Positions 41,582 through 52,055 of a stretch of DNA of 64,000 nucleotides are shown here, piece after piece (the first letter of the stretch is position 1; each line of letters begins with the position of its first letter). Origin of the DNA: an uncultured Verrucomicrobiae bacterium (GTDB taxonomy: Bacteria; Verrucomicrobiota; Verrucomicrobiia; Chthoniobacterales; UBA10450); assembly GCA_963726745.1 (NCBI GenBank), contig CAVSDR010000002.1, positions 64,001-128,000 on the forward strand, given 5' to 3'. A program made the translations under genes and the position numbers. The notes beneath the pieces were generated by a model that was given only the letters and a program-made list of their open reading frames with translations, was not told where the DNA came from and searched no databases.

Positions 41582-42567
41582 CACGGGACCGGCAAGCCGG
41601 CGAAGATCCGGTCAATGATCGTTTCGCTCGAGATAGTCTCGGCCTCGGCTTCGTAGCTCACGATGATGCGGTGGCGGAGGACGTCGTGGCCGATGCTCTT
41701 CACGTCCTGCGGCGTGACATAGCCGCGGCCGTTGAGGAAGGCGTGCGCGCGCGCCGCGAGAGCGAGGAAGATGGTCGCGCGCGGCGAGGCGCCGTAGCGG
41801 ATGAGGCCGTCGAGTTGCAGGTTGTAGGTCGCCGGTTCGCGCGTGGCCCAGACGACGTCAACGATGTAGTCCTTCACCCGATCGTCGATGTAGATGCTGT
41901 TCACCACCTGGCGGGCGGCGACGATGTCCTTCGGGTCGACCACGGGCGAGACCTGGAGATTCGGCGCGGAGGTGGCCATGAGGTCGAGGATCTGGCGTTC
42001 CTCGGATTTCTGCGGGTAGCCGACGTTAAGCTTCAACATGAAGCGGTCGAGCTGCGCCTCCGGAAGTTGGTAAGTGCCTTCCTGCTCGAGCGGGTTTTGC
42101 GTCGCGAGGACGAGAAAAGGATCGGGCAGGGGATAGCTTTGGTCGCCGAGCGTGACCTGGCGTTCCTGCATCGCCTCGAGGAGCGCGCTCTGCACCTTGG
42201 CCGGCGCGCGGTTGATCTCGTCGGCTAAAATTAAGTTGGAAAAGAGCGGGCCGAACTTGGTGGTGAATTCGCCGCTGCGCGGGTTGTAGATCAAAGTGCC
42301 GACTAAATCCGCGGGCAGGAGATCGGGGGTGAACTGCAACCGCTGAAAGCCGGTCTGGATGGCATTAGCCAGCGTCTTGATCGTGAGCGTCTTCGCCAGG
42401 CCGGGCACGCCCTCGAGCAGGAGGTGGCCATTAGCCAGCAGGCCGAGGAGCAAGCGGTCGACCAGGTATTTCTGGCCAATAACCACGCGGCCGACTTGCT
42501 CGCGCAGCGCAGGAATCCACTGACCGAGCTGCTGCACTTCCTGGGTGATTTCCTGCGTAGATTTCAT
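41581..42567 (-). CDS. moxR: MoxR family AAA+ ATPase
   Basis: EGVPGLAKT, QFTPDLLPAD, DEINRAPAKVQSALLEAMQE, GASPRA. Confidence 0.95.
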   Translation of the reverse strand: MKSTQEITQEVQQLGQWIPALREQVGRVVIGQKYLVDRLLLGLLANGHLLLEGVPGLAKTLTIKTLANAIQTGFQRLQFTPDLLPADLVGTLIYNPRSGEFTTKFGPLFSNLILADEINRAPAKVQSALLEAMQERQVTLGDQSYPLPDPFLVLATQNPLEQEGTYQLPEAQLDRFMLKLNVGYPQKSEERQILDLMATSAPNLQVSPVVDPKDIVAARQVVNSIYIDDRVKDYIVDVVWATREPATYNLQLDGLIRYGASPRATIFLALAARAHAFLNGRGYVTPQDVKSIGHDVLRHRIIVSYEAEAETISSETIIDRIFAGLPVP

Positions 42568-42609
42568 AGAGATGGTTGAGACAGGCGACCGCGCGGAATG
42601 TTCGAATTC

Positions 42610-43989
42610 CTACTTTTCTTCGCTGGTGCGCGCGCGGCAGGTGAGCAGCACCGGCAAGCCGGGATACGGCTCGAGCTCGCGAATCCGTCGCTCGAGGTAA
42701 CGCCCGTAGGTATCGCTCAGGAGTTTCGGCTGATTCACGAAAAGGATGAACTTGGGCGGATCGATCGCGCGCTCATTATCGCCGCCGGCCTGGGTGGCGT
42801 AGAACAACTTGAGCCGCTTGTTCCCGATCGTCGGAGGAAGGGTGGTGTCGAGCGCCGCGCGGAGCATGCGATTGAGCACGCCGGTGCCGATGTGTTTCCC
42901 GGCCGCGGTCTGCACTTCGTCGATCAACTTGAAGAGGCGGTCGACGTTCTCACCGGTTACGGCGGAGGTGATCAGCACTGGGGCGTAGTCGAGGAAGAAG
43001 AGATTCGCGCGTGTCTGGCTAACGAGTTCTTCCTGCGAGGCCTTGGCCCCGCGCTCCGGTTTCACCAGGTCCCATTTGTTCAGGACGATGATCGACGGTT
43101 TGCGCGACTCCTGGATCAGGCCGGCTATTTTTTTGTCCTGCGAGGTCACCCCGCAGGTGACGTCAATCACGAGCACGCAGAGGTCGGCGCGGCGAATGGT
43201 GCGCTCGGCGCGCATGACGCTGAAGACTTCCACCGAAGTGGAATGCTTACTCCGCTGCCGCATCCCGGCGGTATCAATCAAGAGATAAGACTGACCGTTG
43301 CGCTCGTAGGAAATGTCGACCGCGTCGCGCGTGGTCCCGGGGATGTTGCTCACGATCGTGCGCTGATCCTGGAGGACGGCGTTGATCAGGGAACTCTTGC
43401 CGGCGTTTGGCCGGCCGATGATCGCGAGCGCGAGCGGTGGCTTGGCCTCCTCCCTGGGCGTGTCGCTTTCGGTCGCAGTCTCGGCCGGGAGCAGTCGCTC
43501 GATCACCCCTAACAAGTCATTAATCCCGCGACCGTGCGCGGCGCTGATCGGGACGGTGCGCTGGAAGCCGAGCTGCGAGAACTCCGCCTCGAGCGGTTCG
43601 TGGTTCGGATGGTCAATCTTGTTCACCACCAACACGACGGGTCGCTTCGATTTCCGCAGCATGCTGGCTAATTCCTGGTCGATCGGCGCAAGTCCATGCT
43701 GCGCATCGACCACGAAGAGGATGACCTCGCTCTCGCGCATGGCGGCGTCGGCCGCGGCGCGGACCTCGGAGTTGAGCTCGGTCTCACCGGCGCCGCCGAT
43801 GCCGCCGGTATCCCAGATGACGAAGGGCCGCGCACCTTTGTTGCAGGGCGCAGCCAGGCGATCGCGCGTGATCCCCGGCTGGTCGTGGACGATCGCGATG
43901 TTGCGCCCGGCCAGGCGATTGAAGAGCGCGGATTTCCCCACGTTCGGACGGCCGACAATGGCGACGCGTAATTGCGGGGAATCTTCCAT
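42610..43989 (-). CDS. der: Ribosome biogenesis GTPase Der (EngA)
   Basis: Two G domains (GRPNVGKS..NKID; GRPNAGKS..NKWD) plus KH-like C-terminus; alternative ATG at 44031. Confidence 0.95.
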   Translation of the reverse strand: MEDSPQLRVAIVGRPNVGKSALFNRLAGRNIAIVHDQPGITRDRLAAPCNKGARPFVIWDTGGIGGAGETELNSEVRAAADAAMRESEVILFVVDAQHGLAPIDQELASMLRKSKRPVVLVVNKIDHPNHEPLEAEFSQLGFQRTVPISAAHGRGINDLLGVIERLLPAETATESDTPREEAKPPLALAIIGRPNAGKSSLINAVLQDQRTIVSNIPGTTRDAVDISYERNGQSYLLIDTAGMRQRSKHSTSVEVFSVMRAERTIRRADLCVLVIDVTCGVTSQDKKIAGLIQESRKPSIIVLNKWDLVKPERGAKASQEELVSQTRANLFFLDYAPVLITSAVTGENVDRLFKLIDEVQTAAGKHIGTGVLNRMLRAALDTTLPPTIGNKRLKLFYATQAGGDNERAIDPPKFILFVNQPKLLSDTYGRYLERRIRELEPYPGLPVLLTCRARTSEEK

Positions 43990-44008
43990 AAGCTTGCGGG
44001 GCGCGCCG

Positions 44009-44608
44009 TTATTGGGCGCTTGATTGTCCATGCGCTCCGAGCTGCCGGAAGCCATCCATCACATAGAGGATGCCGGAGACGAGGGTGAAGAACCCGGCCG
44101 CGAACACCACATAGATCAACGGGATGACCATTAACTGCAACATCACCCATGCGATCGCCGTCATTTGCAGGAAGGTCGCCACCTTCCCGGTCCAGCTCGG
44201 CTGCACGTGCACTTTCCCCACGAGAAGATGCAGGATCGCGCTCCCGACGAGGATAACCACGTCGCGGCTGATCACGAGCACCGGGAACCAGGCAGGGAAG
44301 CGGCCGTATTGCGGGTCGACATCGCTCCAGTTGCTGATGCTCAACGTAATGAGCGCGCTCAGGAGCAGGCCCTTGTCGGCGATCGGGTCGAGGATCACGC
44401 CGAGCGCGCTCCGCTGGTTGTAACGCCGGGCAATGTAGCCATCGAGCCCGTCGCTCACCGCCGCGACCAGGAAAATGGCGATCGCGGTGAAGCGCTGCCA
44501 TTCCTCCGGCTCGCCGCGGCGAATACTCTCGCCGTAGTAGATCGCCATCATGACGAACGCCGGGATCATCAGGATGCGGGCGAGCGTGATTTTGTTGGCT
44601 GTGGTCAT
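44009..44608 (-). CDS. pgsA: CDP-diacylglycerol--glycerol-3-phosphate 3-phosphatidyltransferase-like
   Basis: NKITLARI, DGLDGYIAR..G.ILDPIADK signature. Confidence 0.82.
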   Translation of the reverse strand: MTTANKITLARILMIPAFVMMAIYYGESIRRGEPEEWQRFTAIAIFLVAAVSDGLDGYIARRYNQRSALGVILDPIADKGLLLSALITLSISNWSDVDPQYGRFPAWFPVLVISRDVVILVGSAILHLLVGKVHVQPSWTGKVATFLQMTAIAWVMLQLMVIPLIYVVFAAGFFTLVSGILYVMDGFRQLGAHGQSSAQ

Positions 44609-44702
44609 GGGGGCGCGCCGTGCGACTTGAAATTGCCTGCGGCCTTGCGGCCCGCAAATCATTTGGTCTCGGGCAGTGATTGGGTAAAGGTGGGGCCGCA
44701 CC

Positions 44703-44787
44703 GCCGCTGTGGCGAAATGGCAGACGCAACGGACTTAAAATCCGTTTCCATTCACGTGGAGTGCGGGTTCGAGTCCCGCCAGCGGTA
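44703..44787 (+). tRNA. tRNA-Leu (anticodon TAA); CCA not encoded
   Basis: GCCGCTG/CAGCGGT acceptor stem, GGCGAAATGGCAGACGC D-arm, ACGGA-CTTAAAA-TCCGT anticodon arm, long variable arm, GGTTCGAGTCC. Confidence 0.95.
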
Positions 44788-44874
44788 GGGCCCTGAGCGC
44801 TCGTTAGGCGGCAGGTTCCGGGGCTGCGAAACGGTGGTCGTTTTTTCTATTCTTCGCATGCGGTCCTTTTCTCC

Positions 44875-46038
44875 ATGAGCTTCGGCCTGGCGCTCCCGCC
44901 GCAGCACCGGGTCTACGCCGGTTTTTTCATTTACGCCTTCTGCATGGGGAGCCTGCCGCCGCGTTTTCCCGCGCTGCAGCGGATGATGCAGGTGGAGGAA
45001 GGGGCGTTCGGCCTGGGTTTGATCGGGGTTGCGGCCGGGACGCTTGTCTCCCTGAGCGTGGCCGGGCCGTGGCTCGAACGGCTGGGCTACCGGCGCGCGC
45101 TCCTGGGCCTGATTCCGCTGCTTGCGCTCCTCTACGCCGGCGCCACCTGGGCCACCGGACCGCTCTCGTTTTTCCTGCTCCTGTTTCCAGCCGGGCTGGT
45201 GGTCGGCGGGATCGAAATCATCCTCAATCTCGAGGCCGACCGGACCGAGCACCTGGTCGGTCGACGGATCATGAACCGCGCGCACGCCTTCTGGAGCTTC
45301 GGCTTTTTCACGGCCGGCATTTTCTCCGCCTTAATCGCGCAGCTCGGCGTGCCGCCGCGCGTGCATTTGAGTTTGATGGTCCTGTTGGTGGCCGCGGTGG
45401 TCGCCCTCCTGCTTGGGCGCTTCCAGGCAGCGCCGCATCGCCCGGTGCTGGAAACGGTGAAGCCGCCGCCGTTTGCCCGGCCGACGCGCGCAATCCTCCT
45501 GCTGGTGGGGGTGACGCTCAGCGCGATGATCATGGAAGGAGCGGGGATCGACTGGTCGGCGATCTACATGCGCGACTTGTTCGGGGTGTCCCCATTTCTC
45601 TCCGGGTTTGCCGTGGCGCTGGGCGCGGGGGCGCAGGCGCTCACGCGTTTCTTTGCCGATCCTTTCGTGGAGCGCTATTCCCCGACCACGGTTTCGCGCT
45701 TTCTGCTCGCAGTGCTCGGGGCCGGCGTGGTGGTCGTCTTCTGCGCGCCGCTTGGCGGAATCGCCCTGCTGGGCTTCGCGCTCATCGGCGCCGGGACTGC
45801 GGTCATCTTTCCGCTGGCGATGTCTGCCGCGGCGCAACTGACCGACCGCGCGCCGGCGACCAATGTAGCTTCGCTCGCGCAAATTTCCTTTGTCGCTTTC
45901 CTTCTCGGTCCGCCGCTCCTCGGTTACGTGGCCCAGCATTGGGGTATCCGCTGGTCTTTCGGCATCGGCTTGCCCTTGATCCTCCTGAGTTTCGCATGCG
46001 CCGGCATTCTCCGGGCCCGGCCGCACGCTTCTGCCTAA
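44875..46038 (+). CDS. MFS transporter
   Basis: About 12 hydrophobic segments; HAFWSFG, EGAGIDWSAIY, LGPPLLG. Confidence 0.88.
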   Translation: MSFGLALPPQHRVYAGFFIYAFCMGSLPPRFPALQRMMQVEEGAFGLGLIGVAAGTLVSLSVAGPWLERLGYRRALLGLIPLLALLYAGATWATGPLSFFLLLFPAGLVVGGIEIILNLEADRTEHLVGRRIMNRAHAFWSFGFFTAGIFSALIAQLGVPPRVHLSLMVLLVAAVVALLLGRFQAAPHRPVLETVKPPPFARPTRAILLLVGVTLSAMIMEGAGIDWSAIYMRDLFGVSPFLSGFAVALGAGAQALTRFFADPFVERYSPTTVSRFLLAVLGAGVVVVFCAPLGGIALLGFALIGAGTAVIFPLAMSAAAQLTDRAPATNVASLAQISFVAFLLGPPLLGYVAQHWGIRWSFGIGLPLILLSFACAGILRARPHASA

Positions 46039-47546
46039 CGAGCGGAAAGACCCGCGAAAAGGGCGGCGAAAATCTCGATCCCTTCCCAGAGATTCTGCAG
46101 GCGCAGGTTTTCGTCCGCCGCGTGCTGATTGTCGTCGTGATTGGCGATCGGTAGGCCGATCGCTGGAGTGTCGCCCGGTTGCTGGAAAAGATACATCGGG
46201 ATGCTGCCGCCGATCGTCGGCAAGAGCACGGGTTCGCGGCCGGTGGCGCCCAAAAGCGCGATGATCTCGCGCGAAAGCGGGGAATCCAGCGCGGTGCGCG
46301 CCGGCGGGTAGCCTTGCCCCCATTGCACGCGCACGAGCTTGGGAAACTTCCGCCGCGCTGCGGCATCCGGAATTTCGCGCACAACTTCGTAGCCCTGCGC
46401 GCGCAGGTGCGCTTCCACCAGCGGCTGGATCGACTCCGGGGTCTGCGCCGGCACCAGGCGGAAATCGAGCGAAGCGCGCGCCTCGGGCGGGATCGTGTTG
46501 GTCGCCTGCGCGCCGACGTGGCCTGCTTCCAGGCCGCGCACATTCAAGGCAGGCTGCAGCAGGAGTTCGTTCAACGGTCGGCCGCCCCCTTCGGTTCCAG
46601 CGATTTGGAATTCCGCGCGCAGCTCTGCTTCGACCCCGGGGATTTTAGCCAGCGCTTTGCGCTCTGCCTCCGTCGGCGGCCGGACGTCTTCGGCAAATCC
46701 TTTGATCAAGATGCGCCCTTGCTCGTCCCGCATGGAGGCGAGCAGATGCGCCAGCCGCACCGCCGGATTCGGCACCCAATTTCCGTAGTGTCCATCGTGC
46801 AACCCACGGATCGGGCCGTAGAGCGTCAGCTCGAGATCGACCGTTCCGCGCGCGCCAAAGTAGAGCAGCGGCCGGCGGCTTTGATGCACCGGGCCGTCGC
46901 AAAGAATCCAGCCATCCGCCTGCAGCGCCGCGGCGTTTTTCGTCAAATAGCCAGCAAGATGAGGCGAGCCGGATTCCTCTTCGCCTTCGAAAACAAAGCG
47001 TAAATTCACCGCCGGTTTGGTCTTCGCTGCCTGGAGCGCGTCGAGCCCGGCGAGCAGGGCCACGATCGGCCCCTTGTCGTCGCCCGAGCCGCGCGCGTAG
47101 AGCCGCCACTCGGGGTCGATCGCTTTCTCGTCGGTCCAATCGATCTCCTGCCCGGTGGCGTCGCGCATCACTGGCTGCCAGGGATCGCTTTGCCAGCGAG
47201 CCGGGTCGACTGGCTGCCCGTCGTAATGGGCGTAAAACGCGACTGTGCGCGTGGCTCCCGGCACCCGCAGATCGGCCACGACCAATGGCGGCGCGCCTTC
47301 CATCCGGAGCACTTGCACCGCCAGGCCGCGGCGGGCGCACATCGCCTGCAAATGCTCGGCATTCCGCTCGAGCCCCGCGCTGTCGGCGGCCACATTCGGC
47401 AGCCGGAGGAAGTCGGAGAACTCGCCGAGAATTTCGCGCTCATGCGCCGCGCGCCATTCCGCCGCCGGCGAGGCCGGGGCGTGGTTTGCCAGGGCAAAAG
47501 TGACCATCGAGCAGACCAGCAAAGCCTCGTATTTCCATCTGCGCAT
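46035..47546 (-). CDS. M20/M25/M40 family metallopeptidase (secreted)
   Basis: YAHYDGQP, ARGSGDDKG, FEGEEESGS, NQHAADEN. Confidence 0.9.
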   Translation of the reverse strand: MRRWKYEALLVCSMVTFALANHAPASPAAEWRAAHEREILGEFSDFLRLPNVAADSAGLERNAEHLQAMCARRGLAVQVLRMEGAPPLVVADLRVPGATRTVAFYAHYDGQPVDPARWQSDPWQPVMRDATGQEIDWTDEKAIDPEWRLYARGSGDDKGPIVALLAGLDALQAAKTKPAVNLRFVFEGEEESGSPHLAGYLTKNAAALQADGWILCDGPVHQSRRPLLYFGARGTVDLELTLYGPIRGLHDGHYGNWVPNPAVRLAHLLASMRDEQGRILIKGFAEDVRPPTEAERKALAKIPGVEAELRAEFQIAGTEGGGRPLNELLLQPALNVRGLEAGHVGAQATNTIPPEARASLDFRLVPAQTPESIQPLVEAHLRAQGYEVVREIPDAAARRKFPKLVRVQWGQGYPPARTALDSPLSREIIALLGATGREPVLLPTIGGSIPMYLFQQPGDTPAIGLPIANHDDNQHAADENLRLQNLWEGIEIFAALFAGLSAR

Positions 47547-47650
47547 GCCGCAAGCTCCCGCGCCCGACCGGCTTCGTCGAGCCCGCGCGAAAAACTTTGC
47601 TGCCGGCAGCCGCTGTCCTCGTTAGCTTGTCGGCTAATAACCCCAAGCCG

Positions 47651-48211
47651 ATGAAGAAACTCTACCTCCCGATCCTCCTCGGTACCCCGCGCCAGGGCCG
47701 CCAGAGCGAGCACGTGGCGCATTTCCTCCTCGAGGAAATGCGGAAGCGACCAGAGATCGAAACCGAACTGATCGATGTGCGCGCCCTGAAGATGTCGCTC
47801 GAGGATGCCGGCACCCAAATGCAAGATCCCGAGTATGCGCAGCGGATGGCGCGCGCCGACGGACTCGTGATCGTGGCGCCGGAATACAACCACTCGTTTC
47901 CCGGCCCCCTAAAGCACGCGCTCGACATGTGTCTCGAGGAATACATTCACAAGGCGGTCGCGTTTTGCGGCGTCTCCGCCGGGCCGTTCGGCGGCGCGCG
48001 CGTGATCGAGTCGCTGGTCAATGTCGTCCGCGAGCTCGGCCTGGTCGCGACCTTCACCGACCTCAATTTCAGCCGCGTGCAGGATGCCTTCGATGAAAAC
48101 GGCGCGCTCACGGACGAAAAATACGTCGGCCGCGCGGCCAAGTTCATCAACGAACTCGTCTGGATGGCGCGCGTCCTCCGCGAAGGGCGCGCGCAGGTGC
48201 CGCCGCTGTAA
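47651..48211 (+). CDS. NADPH-dependent FMN reductase
   Basis: [36 protein letters not shown]. Confidence 0.9.
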   Translation: MKKLYLPILLGTPRQGRQSEHVAHFLLEEMRKRPEIETELIDVRALKMSLEDAGTQMQDPEYAQRMARADGLVIVAPEYNHSFPGPLKHALDMCLEEYIHKAVAFCGVSAGPFGGARVIESLVNVVRELGLVATFTDLNFSRVQDAFDENGALTDEKYVGRAAKFINELVWMARVLREGRAQVPPL

Positions 48212-48216
48212 GCGCC

Positions 48217-48567
48217 ATGGTCTTGCGCGAGGAGGATCTGGAGGAATCGTTCGCCCGCTCCAGCGGCCCGGGCGGGCAGAACGTGAACAAGGTTTCCACC
48301 GCGGTCACGCTCCGCCATCGGCCCAGCGGGCTGAGCGTGACCGTGCAGGACTCGCGCTCGCAGGCGACGAATCGCAAGCTCGCGCGCGAGCGTCTCGCGG
48401 CGGCAATCGACGCGGCGCGCGCGCGTTTCTTCGCCGCGAAAAAAGCCGAGCGCGAAAAGAAACGCCGCCAAAACGCGCCCCGCCCGCGCGGGGTCAAGCG
48501 CCGCATCCTGGAGGACAAGCGGAAGCATTCCACGCTCAAAAAACTGCGCAGCGGTCCGGTCGAGTGA
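48217..48567 (+). CDS. Codon-independent peptidyl-tRNA hydrolase-like release factor (ArfB/C12orf65-type)
   Basis: [15 protein letters not shown] motif, RSQATNR, basic C-terminal tail. Confidence 0.88.
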   Translation: MVLREEDLEESFARSSGPGGQNVNKVSTAVTLRHRPSGLSVTVQDSRSQATNRKLARERLAAAIDAARARFFAAKKAEREKKRRQNAPRPRGVKRRILEDKRKHSTLKKLRSGPVE

Positions 48568-48619
48568 GCTTGCTGGCTGATTGACAAGCGCACAGCTTTC
48601 CGCTCCTCATCTGCCGCAG

Positions 48620-49255
48620 ATGGCGCATCTCCAACAGTTGCTGATCTTGCTCCTGCTTTTCGGCAGCGCGCCAGCCCGCGCGGGGATGGATTCCGCCCTG
48701 CAGGCGCGCGGCACCGCCGAGGCCGACGCGGCCTTCGCGCGCGGAACGCTCGAGCTGCAGAATGTCACCGGCGCGTTCTTCTTCTTCGACACCACTCGCA
48801 ATCACCGGCCTTCGGTCGACTTCGCGATCAACAGCCTGCGTCTCGGCACCATGCTCTCCAGCCCGGCCGGCCCGGGACTCCTGCGTGGCAACCTCGAGTT
48901 CCTCGGGGAAGCTTTTGCCGGCGGCATCTTCACTGGCCCGGGCCACGTGCTTGCAGGCGCGACCATGCTCCTGCGCTACAACTTGGTGCAACCCGGCGCA
49001 CGCCTCGTTCCTTACGGCCAGGTCGGCGCTGGCCTGGTCTACACCGACATTCCGGAAGGCGCTTCCGGCGGGCTCATCAGCCTCCCGGTGGAGTTCAATC
49101 TCCAGGCCTCGCTCGGCGCGCGCTGGATGCTCGACCGCACCTGGTCGCTCGTCGGCGAGGTGACCTACCGGCACATTTCCAACGCCACCATCCGGCTGCC
49201 TAATTACGGTATCGACTCGTTAGGCGGCAGCCTCGGCTTTGGCCGGTCCTTCTAG
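48620..49255 (+). CDS. Outer-membrane beta-barrel, PagL/acyloxyacyl hydrolase-like
   Basis: Signal peptide, amphipathic strands, YRHISNA..NYGID (PagL-type HxSN), terminal Phe. Confidence 0.8.
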   Translation: MAHLQQLLILLLLFGSAPARAGMDSALQARGTAEADAAFARGTLELQNVTGAFFFFDTTRNHRPSVDFAINSLRLGTMLSSPAGPGLLRGNLEFLGEAFAGGIFTGPGHVLAGATMLLRYNLVQPGARLVPYGQVGAGLVYTDIPEGASGGLISLPVEFNLQASLGARWMLDRTWSLVGEVTYRHISNATIRLPNYGIDSLGGSLGFGRSF

Positions 49256-50306
49256 ATGGGGCCAAGCGTTCGCCTGGGAGTCATCGGCACCGGCTGGCCG
49301 GGGCAGCAACATGCGCGGGTCATGCCGGCCGTGCCGGGCGCGATTCTGCACGCCTGCGCTGATCTCGAGGAAACGCGCCGCCGCGCTTTCGTGCAGGACT
49401 ACGCGCCCGCGAAATCCTTTGCCGATTACACGGAGATGCTGCGCGATCCGGACGCTCGATGCGGTCATGATTTGCCTGCCAAATTTCCTCCATTTTCCGG
49501 CCTCGCTCGCGGCGCTGGAAGCGGGGAAGCATGTCTTCTGCGAGAAGCCGCCGACGATGAATGCGGCCGAGATGAAGGTGCTCCAGGAACAGGCAGCCAG
49601 TCGTGGCCTGGTTTACTTCTTCGGGCGGCAATTTCGTTTCACCCCGGCGATGCGCGCAGCCAAGGAATTGATCGAGGCCGGCCGGCTTGGGAAGATCTAT
49701 CACGCGAAAGCCACCTGGGTGCGCTCGCGCGGGATTCCGCAGGGAATCGGCGGCTGGTTCACCGAGAAGCAGCGCTCTGGCGGCGGCGCCTTGATCGACA
49801 TCGGGGTGCACGCGCTCGATTCCGTCTGGTATCTCATGGGCACGCCGCGGCCGATCTCGGTGAGCGCGCAGGTTTACCGAAACTTCGAGCATCTCGTCGC
49901 GGGGTCGAAGTTCGATGTCGACGACGCAGCCTTTGGTTTCATCCGTTTCGCCAATGGCGCCGTCGTCGCCCTGGAAACTTCCTGGGCCGGGAATTTAACC
50001 GACGACATCCCGCAAGGCGATGTCTTCGGGCGCGAGCTGAACAACTCTGTCGTTTTCGGCACCAAGGGCACCATCCGGCTGAAGCCGCTGACTCTTTTTG
50101 AAGACCGGGAGGGCGCGCTGGAGACGGTCGCGATCGCGCCCCCGGATGCGGCCGATAGTTTCCAGCTGCAGCTCCAGAATTTTGTCGACGCGATCAGCGG
50201 TCGAGCGGCGCCTGTGAACAGCGCCGAGCAGGCTTACCAGCTCATGGAAATGCTGGACGCGATCTACGCCTCGAGCGCGCTCGGCCGCGAAGTGCCGATC
50301 GCCTAA
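49256..50306 (+). CDS. Gfo/Idh/MocA oxidoreductase; +1 frameshift near 49451
   Basis: LGVIGTGWPG, AGKHVFCEKP, GGGALIDIGVH. Confidence 0.88.
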
Positions 50307-50431
50307 CGAAGCGAGCGCGCGCTCGCTGCGCGCTTCGGGCCGGGGCCATCGCAAATTAGCCAGCAACTTGACCCGGAACGTATTGGTGGAAATCCAGGCT
50401 CGCTTGGAGCAACGTCCTGCCCCTTCCGCCG

Positions 50432-52034
50432 ATGCTCCTCGACCAGATCAAACGCCGCCGCACCTTCGCGATCATCTCGCACCCGGATGCCGGCAAAACC
50501 ACCCTCACGGAGAAGCTCCTGCTTTACGGCGGCGCGGTGCAGCTGGCCGGCTCGGTGACCGCGCGGAAGAAGCAGCGCGCGACCACTTCCGACTGGATGG
50601 AGCTGGAGAAGCAGCGCGGCATTTCCGTGAGCTCGACCGTGCTGCAATTCGAGTATCGCGATTGCGTGGTCAACCTCCTGGACACGCCTGGCCACAAGGA
50701 TTTCTCCGAGGACACCTACCGCGTGCTCACCGCGGTCGATGCCGCGATCATGGTGATCGACGCCGGCAAAGGCATCGAGTCGCAAACGCGGAAGCTCTTC
50801 GAAGTTTGCCGGCGCCGCGGGGTGCCGATCTTCACGTTCATGAACAAGCTCGATCGCCCCGCGCGCGATCCGCTGGCCTTGATCGATGAACTCGAGAGCG
50901 TCCTCGGGATTGGCGCCAGCGCGATGAACTGGCCGCTCGGCCAGGGGCCGCAATTTGCCGGCGTCTACGATCGCCTCCGCCGCGAGGTCCACGTCTTCGA
51001 GCGCTCGGCGCACGGGACCTATCGCGCGCCGGTTTCTGTCGGCGGGATGGACGACCAGTTTGTGAAGGATCGCGTGGATGAAGCGTCACGTCTGCTCGCG
51101 GTCGAGGAGATGGCGATGCTCGATGGCGCGGGCCATGAGTTCGATCCGGCAGCGCTGGCGCGCGGCGAGCTGACGCCGGTTTTCTTCGGGAGCGCGGCGA
51201 ACAACTTCGGCGTGCAGCTGCTGCTCGACGCGTTTCTCGACTACGCGCCGCCGCCGCAGCCGCGGCCTTCGCGCGGCGTGATGGTCGAACCCGGCGACCG
51301 ACAGCTTTTCCGGCTTCGTTTTCAAGATCCAGGCGAACATGGACCCGCGGCATCGCGACCGGATTTGCTTCATCCGGATCGTCTCCGGCCGCTTCGAGCG
51401 CGACATGCAGGTGACCTTAACGCGCACAGGCAAGATCGTGCGGCTCTCGAATTCGCAGAAGCTCTTTGCGCGTGAGCGCGAGACGGTGGACGAGGCTTTC
51501 GCCGGTGACGTCATCGGCATCGTGGGCAATCACGGCTTCCAAATAGGCGACACTTTGGCCGCCGATCCGACGCTCGCGTTTGACGAGATTCCGCGCTTCC
51601 CGCCGGAGTGTTTCGCCTACCTGCGAAACACGAACACGGCGAAGTCGAAGCGCTTCCGCGAAGGCCTCGAGCAGCTTCTCCAGGAAGGCGTGGTCCAGAG
51701 TTTTTCGTTCCCGCATGCGGCGCAGCGTGTGCCGTTGCTGGGGGCGGTCGGGCCGTTGCAATTCGAGGTGGTGCAGGCGCGGCTCGAGGGCGAATACGGC
51801 GCGGAGGCGAAGGTGGAAACCGCGCCCTGGCAGATCGTGCGCTGGCTGCGCCGGAAAGACGATCAGCCGGTCGCCAACGGGATCGCGCTGCCGACGGGCA
51901 CGACCCTCGCGGTCGATGAAAACAATCGCCCGGTGGTGTTGTTCCCTGATTCCTGGCCGCTGCGCTTTTTCCCGGAGCGCAACCCGGAGGTTGAGCTCTC
52001 CGAGTTGCCCTTCGGCGCAGTTGCCGCGGAATAA
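50432..52034 (+). CDS. prfC: Peptide chain release factor 3; +1 frameshift near 51298
   Basis: RRTFAIISHPDAGKTTLTEK, DTPGHKDFSEDTYR, NKLD; second frame FKIQANMDPRHRDR, GAVGPLQFEV. Confidence 0.93.
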
Positions 52035-52055
52035 ATCGCCGCTAGAAGTCGCTGG

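Noticed and set aside
51290..51310. Programmed frameshift in a release-factor gene
   Set aside because: Programmed +1 shifting is known for prfB (CTT TGA), not prfC. There is no slippery site or in-frame stop here, and the break matches the other +1 errors.
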